Assembly: GCF_006345805.1 (NCBI RefSeq)
Contig: NC_042998.1
Location: 169,632,001 to 169,696,000, forward strand
Direction of reading: 5' to 3'
Source of the DNA: Octopus sinensis
Lineage: Eukaryota
Length of the DNA: 64,000 nt
Part shown: one piece after another, positions 63,384 through 64,000 of the stretch
How the letters are laid out: each line of letters begins with the position of its first letter
Numbering within the stretch: position 1 is the stretch's first letter
Notes under the pieces: model-generated
The model's database searches: none
The model's input: only the letters and a program-made list of their open reading frames with translations
Told to the model about the DNA's origin: nothing
Program-made: the position numbers and the translations under genes

Positions 63384-64000
63384 TATGAAATACAAACCAA
63401 ATTACATATACACTTATATAAGTGTGGGTACATACCCATAATAAATCATATACATATACATATGAGTGCATATACTCATACTCATATACATATACATGTA
63501 CATAATAATATAAATAATATAAATCAATAAACATACATATGTTTCATATTCAATGTTACAGTTTTTCATCCTAATATTGTGATATTACAATGTAGAAAAC
63601 ATACACATATTAATACCCAAATGCAGATATACAGAATCAAGAGTACATTATATTAATTCATATTAATTTACAAAATGTCATTAATGTTAACATCATTACC
63701 ACTAATGCTACCAATATCATTATTCTTATTATTAATAACACTAATACTAGTAAAACAATATATAGATCCCATTATTAGCAATATAGTAGCAAAACCAAGG
63801 ACCACAATAGTACTACAGTACCATGACCTCTGACCTCTGCCTGAAGTCAGAATGCCATGATAGACCGTTAGCTCCTACACGCATTTTTTTCTCTCCTTGT
63901 TTCTTTTCTGTGTATCTTTCTGTAGGCTCGAAACATAAAAGACTTGTCCTATTTCTATTCCTATTTGTTTGTTTGTACTCCACCTGCCTTCGTCTTTTGT

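Overview
AT-rich, repeat-dense eukaryotic DNA, most likely octopus (inference from recognisable SINE and LINE-tail families; not proven). No complete gene, rRNA, true tRNA or CRISPR array is visible. Most ORF-track hits are microsatellite or SINE artefacts. Contents: dozens of tRNA-headed SINE copies from several families (A: GGAGTGGCTGTGTGG head, internal microsatellite, CAGTCAAATGACTG tail; B: GGCGGTGAGCTGGCAGAA head with (ATT)n or AT-rich tail; D, G, H: other heads), including ten family-B copies head-to-tail at 110-2731. Also 3' ends of at least three RTE-type LINE families, decayed mariner/Tc1 transposases, a decayed Helitron helicase and piggyBac-like MITEs. Two GG...CC elements have 8-bp TSDs; one is a young 1.9-kb foldback with ~620-bp modular TIRs. 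A few weak exon candidates exist. The most notable signal is a set of type-I hammerhead-ribozyme-like motifs in several unrelated short repeats (21395, 29490, 34073, 34507, 51271, 58859, 62726, 63257). They have covarying stem I, mostly palindromic stem III and several non-canonical cores. They are often beside (TA)n tracts or inverted partial duplications, which suggests diverse Penelope-like or retrozyme-like non-autonomous elements. All alignments and folds were done by eye; degenerate boundaries are approximate.
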